Part shown: positions 28,018 to 37,537 of the stretch, piece after piece
How the letters are laid out: each line of letters opens with the position of its first letter
How positions within the stretch are numbered: position 1 is the first letter of the stretch
Notes under the pieces: model-generated
What the model was told of the DNA's origin: nothing
Databases searched by the model: none
Seen by the model: only the letters and a program-made list of their open reading frames with translations
Translations under genes and position numbers: made by a program
From: a virus
Lineage: Duplodnaviria > Caudoviricetes
Virus record (IMG/VR): IMGVR_UViG_3300032561_000021
Coordinates: 1-62,191 of that record
Reading direction: 5' to 3' (one strand)
DNA: 62,191 bases

Positions 28018-29394
28018 ATGAGTTATATTATCAACTTAACCAGTGGTAACGTTTTTGCAACAATTCAAGACGGAACCACTAATACCACAACCGGTCTAAC
28101 ATTAATCGGCCGTAACTATAGCAGCTACGGTGACTCACAAAACGAAAACTTTGTAAAGCTACTAGAAAACTTTGCAGACAATGTTCCGCCTACGCAGAGC
28201 CAATTGGCATTAACGCCATTGATTGGAACATTATGGTACGATTCCGTTGGAAAAAGATTACGTGTATATGATGGATTAAACTGGGATTCGGTTAGTGAAC
28301 GTTATGTTGCTAATACAGCTCCAACATCGGCTACATACACTCTTAAGAGCGGCGACCAATGGTGGGACTCAGTTAACTATCAACTAAGCACATGGACAGG
28401 TAGTGCATGGCAATTGGTAGGCCCTGCCTACACAGCAAGTGAAGGCAAGTCTGGCGCTATCGTTGAAACCTTGCTTGATAATCATGGTGGAACTCACACA
28501 GTAGTAAGCGACTACACAAACGGCAATCTAATTGCTATTACTAGTCACGATTCGTTTACCCTGGCCAGTCAGTACAATGGATTTGCTGTTATTGCTGACG
28601 GTATCAATGTGGCCAATAATGTTGTTATAAGCGATAATCTATCTGTTGGTGGAACAACCACCTTGACAGGTGATACTACAATTAATGGACAAGTAACATT
28701 AAGCCCAACGGATTCTGGATCTGCATTAGTTCCTGGATCAGCTAATGCATACAGTATTGGATCTACGACACAACCATTTAAAGACGTATTCCTGGGCGGC
28801 AACGTAGTCATGGGATATGCTAATGTACATTTTACTAGCAACAATAATTTAGTATTTCATAACCATGCATACAAAGGAAACATTGATGCATACGTGAATT
28901 CCACGCTTGGAAATGTTAATGCAATGCATGTGGATGGTAGTTCTGGATTAATTAGTGTATTTGCTGACCCACAACAACCTGCACAGATCAGCACTAAAAA
29001 TTATACAGATACTAGTGTAGCAGTAGTTAATGCCGCACTTAACACTACAGCCGGACTTATTAATGCCAATGTAACTGCATTAACTTCCAATGTAAATACC
29101 AACTTTGGTATTATCTATGCAAACATCGCTAGTCTTCAACTTGGACTAGCAACAGAAACAACAGCTCGTGCCAATGCTATTGTTACCGCAACTGCTACAA
29201 AAGCAAATATTGCAAGTCCTGCACTTACAGGAACCCCAACTGCGCCAACACCAGCATTTGGAGATGCAACTACAAAACTTGCAACTACAGCGTTTGTGGC
29301 CAATGCTATATCTAGCTCTGCGTTTAATTATACAGTTTCCACCTTACCCCCAAGTGGTGGTAATCCTGGTGACTTCTGGTTCCAAGTAGGATAA
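28018..29394 (+). CDS. tail fibre protein (paralog 1)
   Basis: N-terminal LIGRNY..YG...NENFVKLLENFA domain shared with 33808 and 35999. SPALTGTPTAPT...ATTAFV fibre repeat. Confidence 0.75.
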   Translation: MSYIINLTSGNVFATIQDGTTNTTTGLTLIGRNYSSYGDSQNENFVKLLENFADNVPPTQSQLALTPLIGTLWYDSVGKRLRVYDGLNWDSVSERYVANTAPTSATYTLKSGDQWWDSVNYQLSTWTGSAWQLVGPAYTASEGKSGAIVETLLDNHGGTHTVVSDYTNGNLIAITSHDSFTLASQYNGFAVIADGINVANNVVISDNLSVGGTTTLTGDTTINGQVTLSPTDSGSALVPGSANAYSIGSTTQPFKDVFLGGNVVMGYANVHFTSNNNLVFHNHAYKGNIDAYVNSTLGNVNAMHVDGSSGLISVFADPQQPAQISTKNYTDTSVAVVNAALNTTAGLINANVTALTSNVNTNFGIIYANIASLQLGLATETTARANAIVTATATKANIASPALTGTPTAPTPAFGDATTKLATTAFVANAISSSAFNYTVSTLPPSGGNPGDFWFQVG

Positions 29395-29397
29395 GCA

Positions 29398-30627
29398 ATG
29401 GCAATTGAACCACGCGGCATTTTTGTTAACCAACCCGACGGAACATGGGTTGAAGTATTACAACCCAAAGTTAAACAAAATTCAACATGGGCTAACGTTA
29501 GATACGGTTACACAAAAGTTGATGGCGATTGGAAATTATTTTTCCCTGCGAGCGGAACACAAGAATTTACTGAACCCGGCACATATACATTTACAGTCCC
29601 TGGCGGAATCTATAGCATTACTTTAGACGCCACTGGCGGTGGCGGTGGTGGCGGCGGCAGCACTGGACCAGCAAATAGCAATTCAGGACAAACGGTTGTT
29701 GATGGTACTACAGTAATTCCGGTTCAGTATTCCAATTTTGCAAACAATTCAGGGTTAAGTTTAGCCGTAGTAAATGAAGTAGCTTCATTATATACTACAT
29801 CTGGATTAATTTCGGGTGTATATGGATTAAATAGAAAACCTGAATCTGGTGGCTTGATTTATTGGATTCAACAATATATTATTCATGGCAATAGCTTATC
29901 GGCCATTGCTCCTTTGTTTAGTGCCGCAGCAATAGCCGAAGGTAGTGGCAATGATTACATAAATGCTACGCAAGGTCCAGCTGGTAACTTACCGTTTAAT
30001 GCTGGACCGTATCAAGGCGATTTTCTTGATATACCAGATCAGATAATTACTAGCTATAAAGACATAAATGATAACGGTGGCAACACAGGCGGCTCGGGAG
30101 CAGGAGGAGCAAGCGGATTCTTTAGTCAAAATAATACAATGACTGTAGTGCCCGGTGAAACAATAACAATAGTAGTTGGTACAGGTGGTCTTGGTGGGCA
30201 TATTGCTGGCAACGGACAACCCGGCAGTCAGACATACGTAGTTGGGCAAAATGGTTCGCGTATTTTCTCGGGCGGCCCCGGCGGTAATGGAAATCACGGT
30301 GTTTATATACCTCCACCACCACCCCCTCCACCATATGTTCCACCCCCACCCCCACTACCGCCATTTGTGTATCCACCGCCACCACCACCCCCACCCCCAT
30401 ATGTTCCACCACCGGTGGTTCCTCCTGTAGTGGTTCCTCCTGCACCTACACCCCCTCCTGCACCAATTCCTGAACCACCACCACCAGCAGATAGTGGTTC
30501 AGGCGACGGAACTGGTCCTGGTAGCAGCGATGGTGGAGAAGGCGACGGGAACGGAGACGGCTCGGGCGATGGTTCAGGCGATGGCGGCGATGGCGGAGGC
30601 GGCGGAGGCGGCGCAGGCGGCGATTAA
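29398..30627 (+). CDS. glycine-rich fibre-tip protein (N-terminal half of the domain) with polyproline and Gly/Asp tail
   Basis: FTEPGTYTFTVP...GGGGGGG...VVPGETITIVVGTGG, then 41 Pro in 59 residues, then a DG-rich tail. Confidence 0.7.
   Translation: MAIEPRGIFVNQPDGTWVEVLQPKVKQNSTWANVRYGYTKVDGDWKLFFPASGTQEFTEPGTYTFTVPGGIYSITLDATGGGGGGGGSTGPANSNSGQTVVDGTTVIPVQYSNFANNSGLSLAVVNEVASLYTTSGLISGVYGLNRKPESGGLIYWIQQYIIHGNSLSAIAPLFSAAAIAEGSGNDYINATQGPAGNLPFNAGPYQGDFLDIPDQIITSYKDINDNGGNTGGSGAGGASGFFSQNNTMTVVPGETITIVVGTGGLGGHIAGNGQPGSQTYVVGQNGSRIFSGGPGGNGNHGVYIPPPPPPPPYVPPPPPLPPFVYPPPPPPPPPYVPPPVVPPVVVPPAPTPPPAPIPEPPPPADSGSGDGTGPGSSDGGEGDGNGDGSGDGSGDGGDGGGGGGGAGGD
30310..30624 (+). repeat. low-complexity coding repeats (CCN polyproline, then GGC/GAY Gly-Asp)
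   Basis: Directly visible. (Y/F)V-P(n) units followed by GDGSGDG units. Confidence 0.9.
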
Positions 30628-30652
30628 AATAATTTCCCGGGCAACTTGTTAC

Positions 30653-30659
30653 GTAAATA
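30653..30659 (+). promoter_or_regulatory. late promoter GTAAATA for the inserted cassette
   Basis: TAAATA core in the intergenic gap before 30681. Confidence 0.45.
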
Positions 30660-30680
30660 ATAACAAACCCTGGAAATTAT

Positions 30681-31388
30681 ATGTCTACACTAACCAATTT
30701 TTTAGAATTGCCCCGAAAATACAAAAAACAGCAAAATATATCAAAATTTGATTACCATGCTGTTTTTGATATTTCAACCTATCGTATTGTTTCTGTTTCG
30801 CGTAATATATCCAGTGTTAAAAAAATTAATGACAGTATCCTAAATACTGGACTATTCCTGTTTTTAAATAACTATTCATTACCTGCAGATTTTAATAATC
30901 TGGCTCCGTACTGTTCCCAAGTTAACGATCCCTATGGGCAATCCTCTATCAGTAGTTCAACTACAGTACTAAACGACGACGATTTGGAATACTACGCTTT
31001 GATAACAGAAAAAGGGTTCGCACTTGAGTATCTACTAAACACTATAGCAAATCATCGTAGACGACAATATTCTAGTACTATATTACAATACGAAGTTTAT
31101 GCAATGAAACACCAAGAAGCACAACGAGTATTATCAACAGGCGCAACAGAATTAGATGAGCTTAACTATCCGTTTGTGACGGATTATGCTCAACTTGAAA
31201 ACTTGTCTCTAGTAGAATCGGCAAAAGAAATATCCTTCCAGCATAACTTATTCTATACAAAAATGTCAACGATAGAATCGATGAGATTGCGTTATAGTAA
31301 ACAGATAATTGAATGTGATAACATTACTCAAATACCAGCTATTGTAGCAGATTTCTTAAACCGGAGTCGTTTGTATGCAATATCCTAA
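30681..31388 (+). CDS. putative tail-fibre assembly/chaperone-like protein
   Basis: C-terminal Y..K..EA...YPF...A......A..I...IE..R pattern resembles proteins encoded after tail fibres. Weak call. Confidence 0.4.
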   Translation: MSTLTNFLELPRKYKKQQNISKFDYHAVFDISTYRIVSVSRNISSVKKINDSILNTGLFLFLNNYSLPADFNNLAPYCSQVNDPYGQSSISSSTTVLNDDDLEYYALITEKGFALEYLLNTIANHRRRQYSSTILQYEVYAMKHQEAQRVLSTGATELDELNYPFVTDYAQLENLSLVESAKEISFQHNLFYTKMSTIESMRLRYSKQIIECDNITQIPAIVADFLNRSRLYAIS

Positions 31389-32490
31389 GTTAAATTGGTA
31401 TTACAGTATAGACTTAGTAACAGATACTACCAACAAACAGTATAGAGATCTTCCGGGATTTGCTAATTACAAAGATATACATAAATTTTTTGCAGCCAAT
31501 TTAAGTTTAACAGACAGATATCAAACAACTCAATTACCTATACAAACCAATATACTTGATGTTTGCAAACCGCCAGCATTTGTTAAACAAACCTTAGAGT
31601 ACGACGAAATATGTTTGTTTCGTGCCAAGCAGTTAATGAATCATGCTATTAATACAAATAGAAAACTGTTTATTATGTACAGTGGGGGAATTGATTCATC
31701 TGCAATTATTTGCAGTTTTCTATTGGCATGCACCCCAGACGAAATTAAAAATAATATTGTAGTGGGATTGTCAGAATCCAGTATTAAAGAAAATCCTATA
31801 CTATACAAAAAATTCATAGTTGGTAAATTTGAACGAGTTTCAAGCAATGTATTTTCGTACTACCTGGGGCATCCTGATTATATTACTATCAATGGGGAAG
31901 GTAACGATCAGCTATTTGGATCAGACCTAATACAAAGTTTGACTCTCAGATTTGGAGAAGGAATATTACATACACCTCGCACTGATGCAATCATATACGA
32001 TTGTTTTAATAATGGATCTATATCTGCAAAGACCTGCGATAAATTCATTGAAGTATTTAACAAGGCAACTAGCCGCGCCCCTGTTGGTATAGATACAGTA
32101 TTCCACTATTTTTGGTGGATTAATTTTCAATACAAGTGGCAAAATGTTTATATGCGTATGTTGTCATTTGCCAAGGCTGAAAACGTCAGCGCAATTAAAC
32201 CAAATGATAATTATTTTTCGTTTTTCCAAACAGACGAGTTTCAGTTGTGGACGTTAAATAATACTAACAGCTTAATCAAAGACACATGGAAATCCTACAA
32301 ATATGTATGCAAGGACTTTATCTATTCTGTTACTAACGATGCTAACTACCGAGATAGAAAATCAAAGTTTGGTAGTCTTAGCCAAGTGACAATGTATAAG
32401 CCAGTATTTCATACTATTGATGAAAACTTTGTACCAAGCAATACCCCAGTAGATACAGCATATTGGAATATGCAGAATGATTTTATTTAA
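31375..32490 (+). CDS. asparagine-synthetase-like PP-loop ATP pyrophosphatase lacking a glutaminase domain
   Basis: MYSGGIDSS PP-loop and NGEGNDQLFG motif. No N-terminal Cys Ntn domain. Confidence 0.7.
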   Translation: MQYPKLNWYYSIDLVTDTTNKQYRDLPGFANYKDIHKFFAANLSLTDRYQTTQLPIQTNILDVCKPPAFVKQTLEYDEICLFRAKQLMNHAINTNRKLFIMYSGGIDSSAIICSFLLACTPDEIKNNIVVGLSESSIKENPILYKKFIVGKFERVSSNVFSYYLGHPDYITINGEGNDQLFGSDLIQSLTLRFGEGILHTPRTDAIIYDCFNNGSISAKTCDKFIEVFNKATSRAPVGIDTVFHYFWWINFQYKWQNVYMRMLSFAKAENVSAIKPNDNYFSFFQTDEFQLWTLNNTNSLIKDTWKSYKYVCKDFIYSVTNDANYRDRKSKFGSLSQVTMYKPVFHTIDENFVPSNTPVDTAYWNMQNDFI

Positions 32491-33482
32491 TGACTATACA
32501 AACATTTGAAAATTTCTTACCTGCACAGTTAATTGAAGGAGTAGCAGATCAGATAGACAGTATTGGACATCGTTACGGGTGGAAGTCTAATCCTAAATTT
32601 GACCAATATCACTGGAATTGCGATCTAGCCAAAACAGGCGGTATAATGAATGGCATAGACATATCTGCAGAACTTGATGGGGTAGCATTGGAATGCTGGC
32701 GCCACATACAGCAAAACTATTTCCCAAATACAGTATTGTTACGTTGTTATTCAAATGCACATACCTACGGTGTTGAAGGATATCCGCATACAGATTCTCG
32801 TAGACCCCAAGATCAAACCATTGTGGTGTATCTAAATAAACAATGGCGCAGAGAATGGGGCGGAGAAACAATGATATACAATGGGCAGGATATTGCTAAT
32901 GCAAGTTTGCCGGCATACAATCGTGCTATAAGTTTTCCCGGGATGTCTTGGCACACAGCTCGGGGTGTATCTAGAGTATGTAAAGTGCTACGAACTACGT
33001 TGATGTTTAAATTTGCTCCTGCTGATAGCGACCCAACGAGAGATAAAATACAACAATTTTTACAATCACTTGGTACAGATACCAAAGCACATTCAGGTCG
33101 TACACTTTTTGTTCACTTGTTATCAGTATATGACTTATTAAAATTAGCTGGGCAAGATGAAATTACATGCTGTGCTGGCGCAGTCCATAGTATTTTTGGA
33201 ACAACTGCATTCACTGATCAAACACTCACATTGGATGATCGTAAACAAGTAATTGATATAGTTGGCGCACGTGCCACTGAACTTGCTGCAATATTTTCAC
33301 GTTTAGATAGACCATTGGTATTAGAAAATTATTTAACTACAGGTGCAAGTACAGGATTCAACGACGAAACAACCCGCATTTTATGCGCTATTGAGGGAGC
33401 GAATTTATACGATCAAAAAGCACTAACTTCGTACCCAAAATTAAAGGAATTTTGGAATAATATTTTTAAGTATGACTGTTAA
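32490..33482 (+). CDS. 2OG-Fe(II) oxygenase (prolyl-hydroxylase-like) fused to a DUF6817-like domain
   Basis: HTD...YLN..W..EWGGET...WH...R facial-triad pattern. C-terminal HSGRTLFVHL...AGAVHSIFGT. Confidence 0.75.
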   Translation: MTIQTFENFLPAQLIEGVADQIDSIGHRYGWKSNPKFDQYHWNCDLAKTGGIMNGIDISAELDGVALECWRHIQQNYFPNTVLLRCYSNAHTYGVEGYPHTDSRRPQDQTIVVYLNKQWRREWGGETMIYNGQDIANASLPAYNRAISFPGMSWHTARGVSRVCKVLRTTLMFKFAPADSDPTRDKIQQFLQSLGTDTKAHSGRTLFVHLLSVYDLLKLAGQDEITCCAGAVHSIFGTTAFTDQTLTLDDRKQVIDIVGARATELAAIFSRLDRPLVLENYLTTGASTGFNDETTRILCAIEGANLYDQKALTSYPKLKEFWNNIFKYDC

Positions 33483-33500
33483 AAGCAATGGTTATTTAGT

Positions 33501-33523
33501 GATAAGTAAGTAATAATAGGAGA
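33501..33523 (+). promoter_or_regulatory. late promoter variant GATAAGTA plus RBS AGGAGA
   Basis: GATAAGTA at 33501-33508 and AGGAGA at 33518-33523. The same variant occurs at 33780-33787. Confidence 0.55.
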
Positions 33524-33527
33524 TTAT

Positions 33528-33764
33528 ATGTCAGGAGTTAATAATCCAGGTCACCCGGGCTCGGGACAAAATGGCGGAGAAGGCGGTGCCACACCGTTTG
33601 GTGCAGGCGGAACACCTTCTATGACTGATGGAAATAATGCAACAGGCGCAGGCGCAGGTGGCGGCGGTGCAGGAGATACTATTTCTGCAATAGGCGGCAA
33701 CGGCGCCAACGGATACGTAAAAATCTACTGGGGTCCAAATAATGACCCAAATTGGGTTACCTAA
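33528..33764 (+). CDS. 78-aa glycine-rich peptide, C-terminal half of the Gly-rich fibre domain
   Basis: Strong RBS. GEGGATPFGAGG...GAGAGGGGAG...GGNGANGYVKIYW is the usual ending of the domain begun in 29398..30627. Confidence 0.75.
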   Translation: MSGVNNPGHPGSGQNGGEGGATPFGAGGTPSMTDGNNATGAGAGGGGAGDTISAIGGNGANGYVKIYWGPNNDPNWVT

Positions 33765-33779
33765 TAATAATCCGTTTTT

Positions 33780-33787
33780 GATAAGTA
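33780..33787 (+). promoter_or_regulatory. late promoter variant GATAAGTA
   Basis: Intergenic, upstream of fibre gene 33808. Confidence 0.5.
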
Positions 33788-33807
33788 TACTATAAAGAGA
33801 TATAAAA

Positions 33808-35961
33808 ATGGCATATACAATAACAAAAAGCGATGGAACAACATTAACCACTATCAATGATGGCGGATTAGATACTGTATCATCTAGCTTGCAATTACCC
33901 GGTCCTAATTTTGTAGGATATGGACAAAAACTCAATGAAAATTTAGTATACCTACTAGAAAATTTTGCATCTAATACAGCACCTAGTGGAACAAATTTAC
34001 AAGGGCAGTTATGGTTTAACAAAAGTAACCAAACATTAAACGTATTTACTAATCAGGGATATTTACCCGTTAATGGTATTATTATATCTGGTACACAGCC
34101 ATCAAACGTTAACGCTGGCAACACCTGGTTTAACACATCGACTAATCAATTCTCACTATATGACGGAACCAATTGGAATCTAATTGGCCCAGTTTATACA
34201 AAAGCTCAAGGAGTAAGTGGTGCAATACCAACAGTAGTTGCTGATGCAGTATTAGTGGGTACCACACATAACATTTTACAATTACAATACGGTAATACAG
34301 TTTTTGCCACCATCAGTGCAGATCCTGCATTTATGCCAACACCGGCAATTCCTGGATTTACTACAATTAATTCTGGTATTACTATTAATAACACAATTAC
34401 TAATCCTGTTATTAACACCAATGTTCTTGGTAACTTGACCGGTAATGTTACTGGTAATTTAATAGGTACCACGGTTGTTGCTAGTACGTTGGCTGGAAAT
34501 TTAACTGGAAACGTTGTTGGTAACGTAACCGGTAATGTTGTAGGCACAACTGTTACCGCAACTACACTGACAGGTACACATTTTGGTAACGTATATTCCA
34601 CAATTGGTATTATTAATAATCTTACTTCGAGTAATATTTTAGTCACTGGCGGAAGTATTAGCGGATTGGCCTCCTTGAATACAGGCACCTTAACAACTGG
34701 TGCAATCACAGGAACAACTGCAATCTTTACTGGTGCTGTTACATCATATAATTCAGTACTTAACGGTGCACCAACTGCAACTACTGCTGCTCCTGGTACA
34801 AATACTTCACAGGTTGCTAGTACAGCATTTGTTCAAACTGCTATTACTCTTGCAACTAGTTCACTAGGAACAATGTCAACTCAAAACGCCAATGCTGTTG
34901 TAATCAGTGGCGGGTCCGCACAAAATTTAACAACATTATCGGCGTCAACTGGAGCTGTTACTAACTTAACATCAAATGTTCAAACTGTTAACTACTCAAA
35001 CGTGGTAAACTTGTCAACGGCCAATGCGTTAATCACTGGTGGCAATATCAGTAGCATTGTAAATCTTGGTGCAACTAATTTAACAGTGACAAAATCTACA
35101 GTTGGTACAGAAGTTGTTGCTAATTTCTCTACCGGCAATGCTCAAATTACCGGTGGTAACATTACCGGTGCTACTAGCATTAGTGCAACTAGTGGAACAT
35201 TTACTAACATTACCACAGGAGTTATTACTGTCACAGGTGGTAACATTAGCGGAACAGCAGTTTCAAATACCACATTGTCTAATGTTAATGTAGTGGGTTC
35301 TACAGCAACTACTAAAACCTACAGCGATAATAGTACCGCTATTGCTACTACGGCATTTGTACAAAGTTCTGTGCCGGCTGGTGTTATTTGGATGTGGAAT
35401 AGTTCAGTTAACCCAATTCCAACAGGTTTCCAACTTTGTGATGGTACAAATAATACTCCAGATTTACGTGATAGATTTATTGTTGGCGCCGGCGGCCTAC
35501 TAGCCAACGGCGCAACTGGCGGCGTAGGGTTATCAACATTAACTATAAACAATTTACCCTCGCATACTCACGCAGTTAGTCTAACAGGAACTTCTGCAAC
35601 AGGTGGCGGACATAGTCATACAGCAGTATCGAGCTCGTCGGTATCAGACCCAACCCATGCACATATTTTCCCTGGTGATGATCAGCTGATATTTGCCGCA
35701 GGGTACGCAGGGTGGGCTGGCGCAAGTGCTGGCGGATTCCCGTATGATGCAGTATCGCAACATGCTGGCGGAGCTCAAATGTGGTATACTACAGAAGCTT
35801 CTACAGGTATTACAGTAGCAACAGCAACTACCATCAGTTCTGTGGGCGATCATACACACGGTGTTACCCTAGCTGGGACAACAAGCCCTACAGGTAGCGG
35901 AGCATCATTTGAAAATCGTCCTCCATTCTATGCCCTATGTTTCATACAGAAGATGTTCTAA
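33808..35961 (+). CDS. tail fibre protein (paralog 2) with collar domain and HxH tip
   Basis: Shared N-terminal domain, GNLTGNV repeats, collar PAGVIWMW...GFQLCDG...PDLRDRFIVGAG, HTH/HSH/HAH/HTH motifs, terminal NRPPFYALCFIQK. Confidence 0.85.
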   Translation: MAYTITKSDGTTLTTINDGGLDTVSSSLQLPGPNFVGYGQKLNENLVYLLENFASNTAPSGTNLQGQLWFNKSNQTLNVFTNQGYLPVNGIIISGTQPSNVNAGNTWFNTSTNQFSLYDGTNWNLIGPVYTKAQGVSGAIPTVVADAVLVGTTHNILQLQYGNTVFATISADPAFMPTPAIPGFTTINSGITINNTITNPVINTNVLGNLTGNVTGNLIGTTVVASTLAGNLTGNVVGNVTGNVVGTTVTATTLTGTHFGNVYSTIGIINNLTSSNILVTGGSISGLASLNTGTLTTGAITGTTAIFTGAVTSYNSVLNGAPTATTAAPGTNTSQVASTAFVQTAITLATSSLGTMSTQNANAVVISGGSAQNLTTLSASTGAVTNLTSNVQTVNYSNVVNLSTANALITGGNISSIVNLGATNLTVTKSTVGTEVVANFSTGNAQITGGNITGATSISATSGTFTNITTGVITVTGGNISGTAVSNTTLSNVNVVGSTATTKTYSDNSTAIATTAFVQSSVPAGVIWMWNSSVNPIPTGFQLCDGTNNTPDLRDRFIVGAGGLLANGATGGVGLSTLTINNLPSHTHAVSLTGTSATGGGHSHTAVSSSSVSDPTHAHIFPGDDQLIFAAGYAGWAGASAGGFPYDAVSQHAGGAQMWYTTEASTGITVATATTISSVGDHTHGVTLAGTTSPTGSGASFENRPPFYALCFIQKMF

Positions 35962-35967
35962 ACAATG

Positions 35968-35975
35968 CATAAATA
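35968..35975 (+). promoter_or_regulatory. late promoter CATAAATA
   Basis: Intergenic, followed by AAGGA RBS and ATG 35999. Confidence 0.6.
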
Positions 35976-35998
35976 TAACAAGCATACAAGGATAGAGC

Positions 35999-37525
35999 AT
36001 GTCTTATACAATTAATTTAACCAATGGTACATCACTAGTTCCGGGCGGATTGTCCGACGGTACAGTTGATACTACGCACTCAAGTTTAACTCTAATCGGC
36101 CGCGATTATGCCGGTTATGGTCAATTTTTAAACGAAAACTTTGTGTATCTGTTGGAAAATTTTGCCAACGGGGCAAGTCCAGCAAATCCTTTAAAAGGAC
36201 AATTATGGTGGGACACTACTAATAATATTCTACGTGTTTGGTCCGGCGCAACATGGAAGATTAGTACTGGTGCAACATCGGGTAATACAGCCCCCGGTGA
36301 TCTAAGCGCACTAGGCGGCGATTTATGGTTTGATACAGCAAATCAACAGTTAAAAGTATACTCTGGAACAGCATGGATTGTAGTTGGACCTGCTGCTACA
36401 TCGGCTACAGGTAATACTGGTGCTGTACCTGCGTTGATGAATGATACATCATCTGCATCACACATTGTTATTCAGTTTACAATCAATGGCACAATTTATG
36501 CTATTTTATCCAAGGATATTTTTAGTACAACAGTACCAGGATTCAATTCAATTGGTGCCGGCCTAAATTTCAGTACTACTGCATCTCCAGCATGGGGATT
36601 AAGTACACAAGCAATAGCTGCAACACCAAGCACATTGGTTCAAAGAGATACAGTTGGAAATATTAACGTTGTTGGTATTACTGCATCTGGTGCCATTTCT
36701 GCAGGATCTATTACAGCCACTACAATTAATTCCCCAAGCGGAACTGCAACATTTACTGGCAATTTAAACGGTAACGTAATTGCAACATCAGTTACATCTA
36801 CAACAATTCAAACTCAGGGTATCAACGCTAGTTCGGGATACACTGGTACAATATTAACAGCAAGTCAACCAAACATTACAACTTTATCTGGCTTAACATC
36901 GGTTACTATCAATGGTAGTGCAACATTAAACGGTGTTGCGATTGCCACAGTTGGGGGTAGTGCTAGTTTTAGTTCTATCAATAGTACCCCAATTGGCAAC
37001 GCTACTCCAAGTACAGGTGTGTTTACTACTGTAACCGCAACTACAAGTATTCTTCCGGTATCAAACGTAGCAGTAAATATCGGTAGTGCGTCTGCTTGGT
37101 TTAATAACATTTATGGTACTGCTATCCACGCTCAATACGCCGACTTAGCAGAACGCTTCCATGCCGATGCAGAATATGCTCCTGGTACCGTTGTTGAAAT
37201 GGGCGGAGCCAACGAAATCACCAAAGTGGTAGCTGAATTAAGTGATAAAGTGTTTGGAGTGATAAGTACTAATGCTGCATACTTAATGAACTCTGGTGCA
37301 GGTGAAGATGCAACACATCCACCGATTGCTATGAGCGGGCGAGTTCCTGTTAGAGTAGTTGGTCTTATTAACAAAGGTGATCGTTTAGTGAGTGCTGGTA
37401 ATGGGTTAGCCCGATCAGCACTAGTATCAGAATTAACCCCATTCAATGTGATTGGACGTGCATTAGTTGACAAGACTGAAGCATCTGAGGGTATAATTGA
37501 AGCAATAGTTAAAATTAATTCATAG
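35999..37525 (+). CDS. tail fibre/spike protein (paralog 3) with C-terminal autocleaving chaperone (peptidase G2-like)
   Basis: Shared N-terminal domain. C-terminal ADLAE...GTVV...GVIST..AYLMN...GRVPVRV.G...KGD.LVS. Confidence 0.8.
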   Translation: MSYTINLTNGTSLVPGGLSDGTVDTTHSSLTLIGRDYAGYGQFLNENFVYLLENFANGASPANPLKGQLWWDTTNNILRVWSGATWKISTGATSGNTAPGDLSALGGDLWFDTANQQLKVYSGTAWIVVGPAATSATGNTGAVPALMNDTSSASHIVIQFTINGTIYAILSKDIFSTTVPGFNSIGAGLNFSTTASPAWGLSTQAIAATPSTLVQRDTVGNINVVGITASGAISAGSITATTINSPSGTATFTGNLNGNVIATSVTSTTIQTQGINASSGYTGTILTASQPNITTLSGLTSVTINGSATLNGVAIATVGGSASFSSINSTPIGNATPSTGVFTTVTATTSILPVSNVAVNIGSASAWFNNIYGTAIHAQYADLAERFHADAEYAPGTVVEMGGANEITKVVAELSDKVFGVISTNAAYLMNSGAGEDATHPPIAMSGRVPVRVVGLINKGDRLVSAGNGLARSALVSELTPFNVIGRALVDKTEASEGIIEAIVKINS

Positions 37526-37537
37526 GAATAAAGAAAA

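Noticed and set aside
30298-33527. Self-splicing intron or transposon explaining the split Gly-rich gene
   Set aside because: No intron core, maturase, transposase or clear terminal repeats seen, and the downstream half has its own promoter and RBS.
33531-34709. 163-aa and 167-aa minus-strand ORFs
   Set aside because: Antisense to well-supported fibre genes. Long open antisense frames are expected opposite Thr/Gly/Asn-rich coding.
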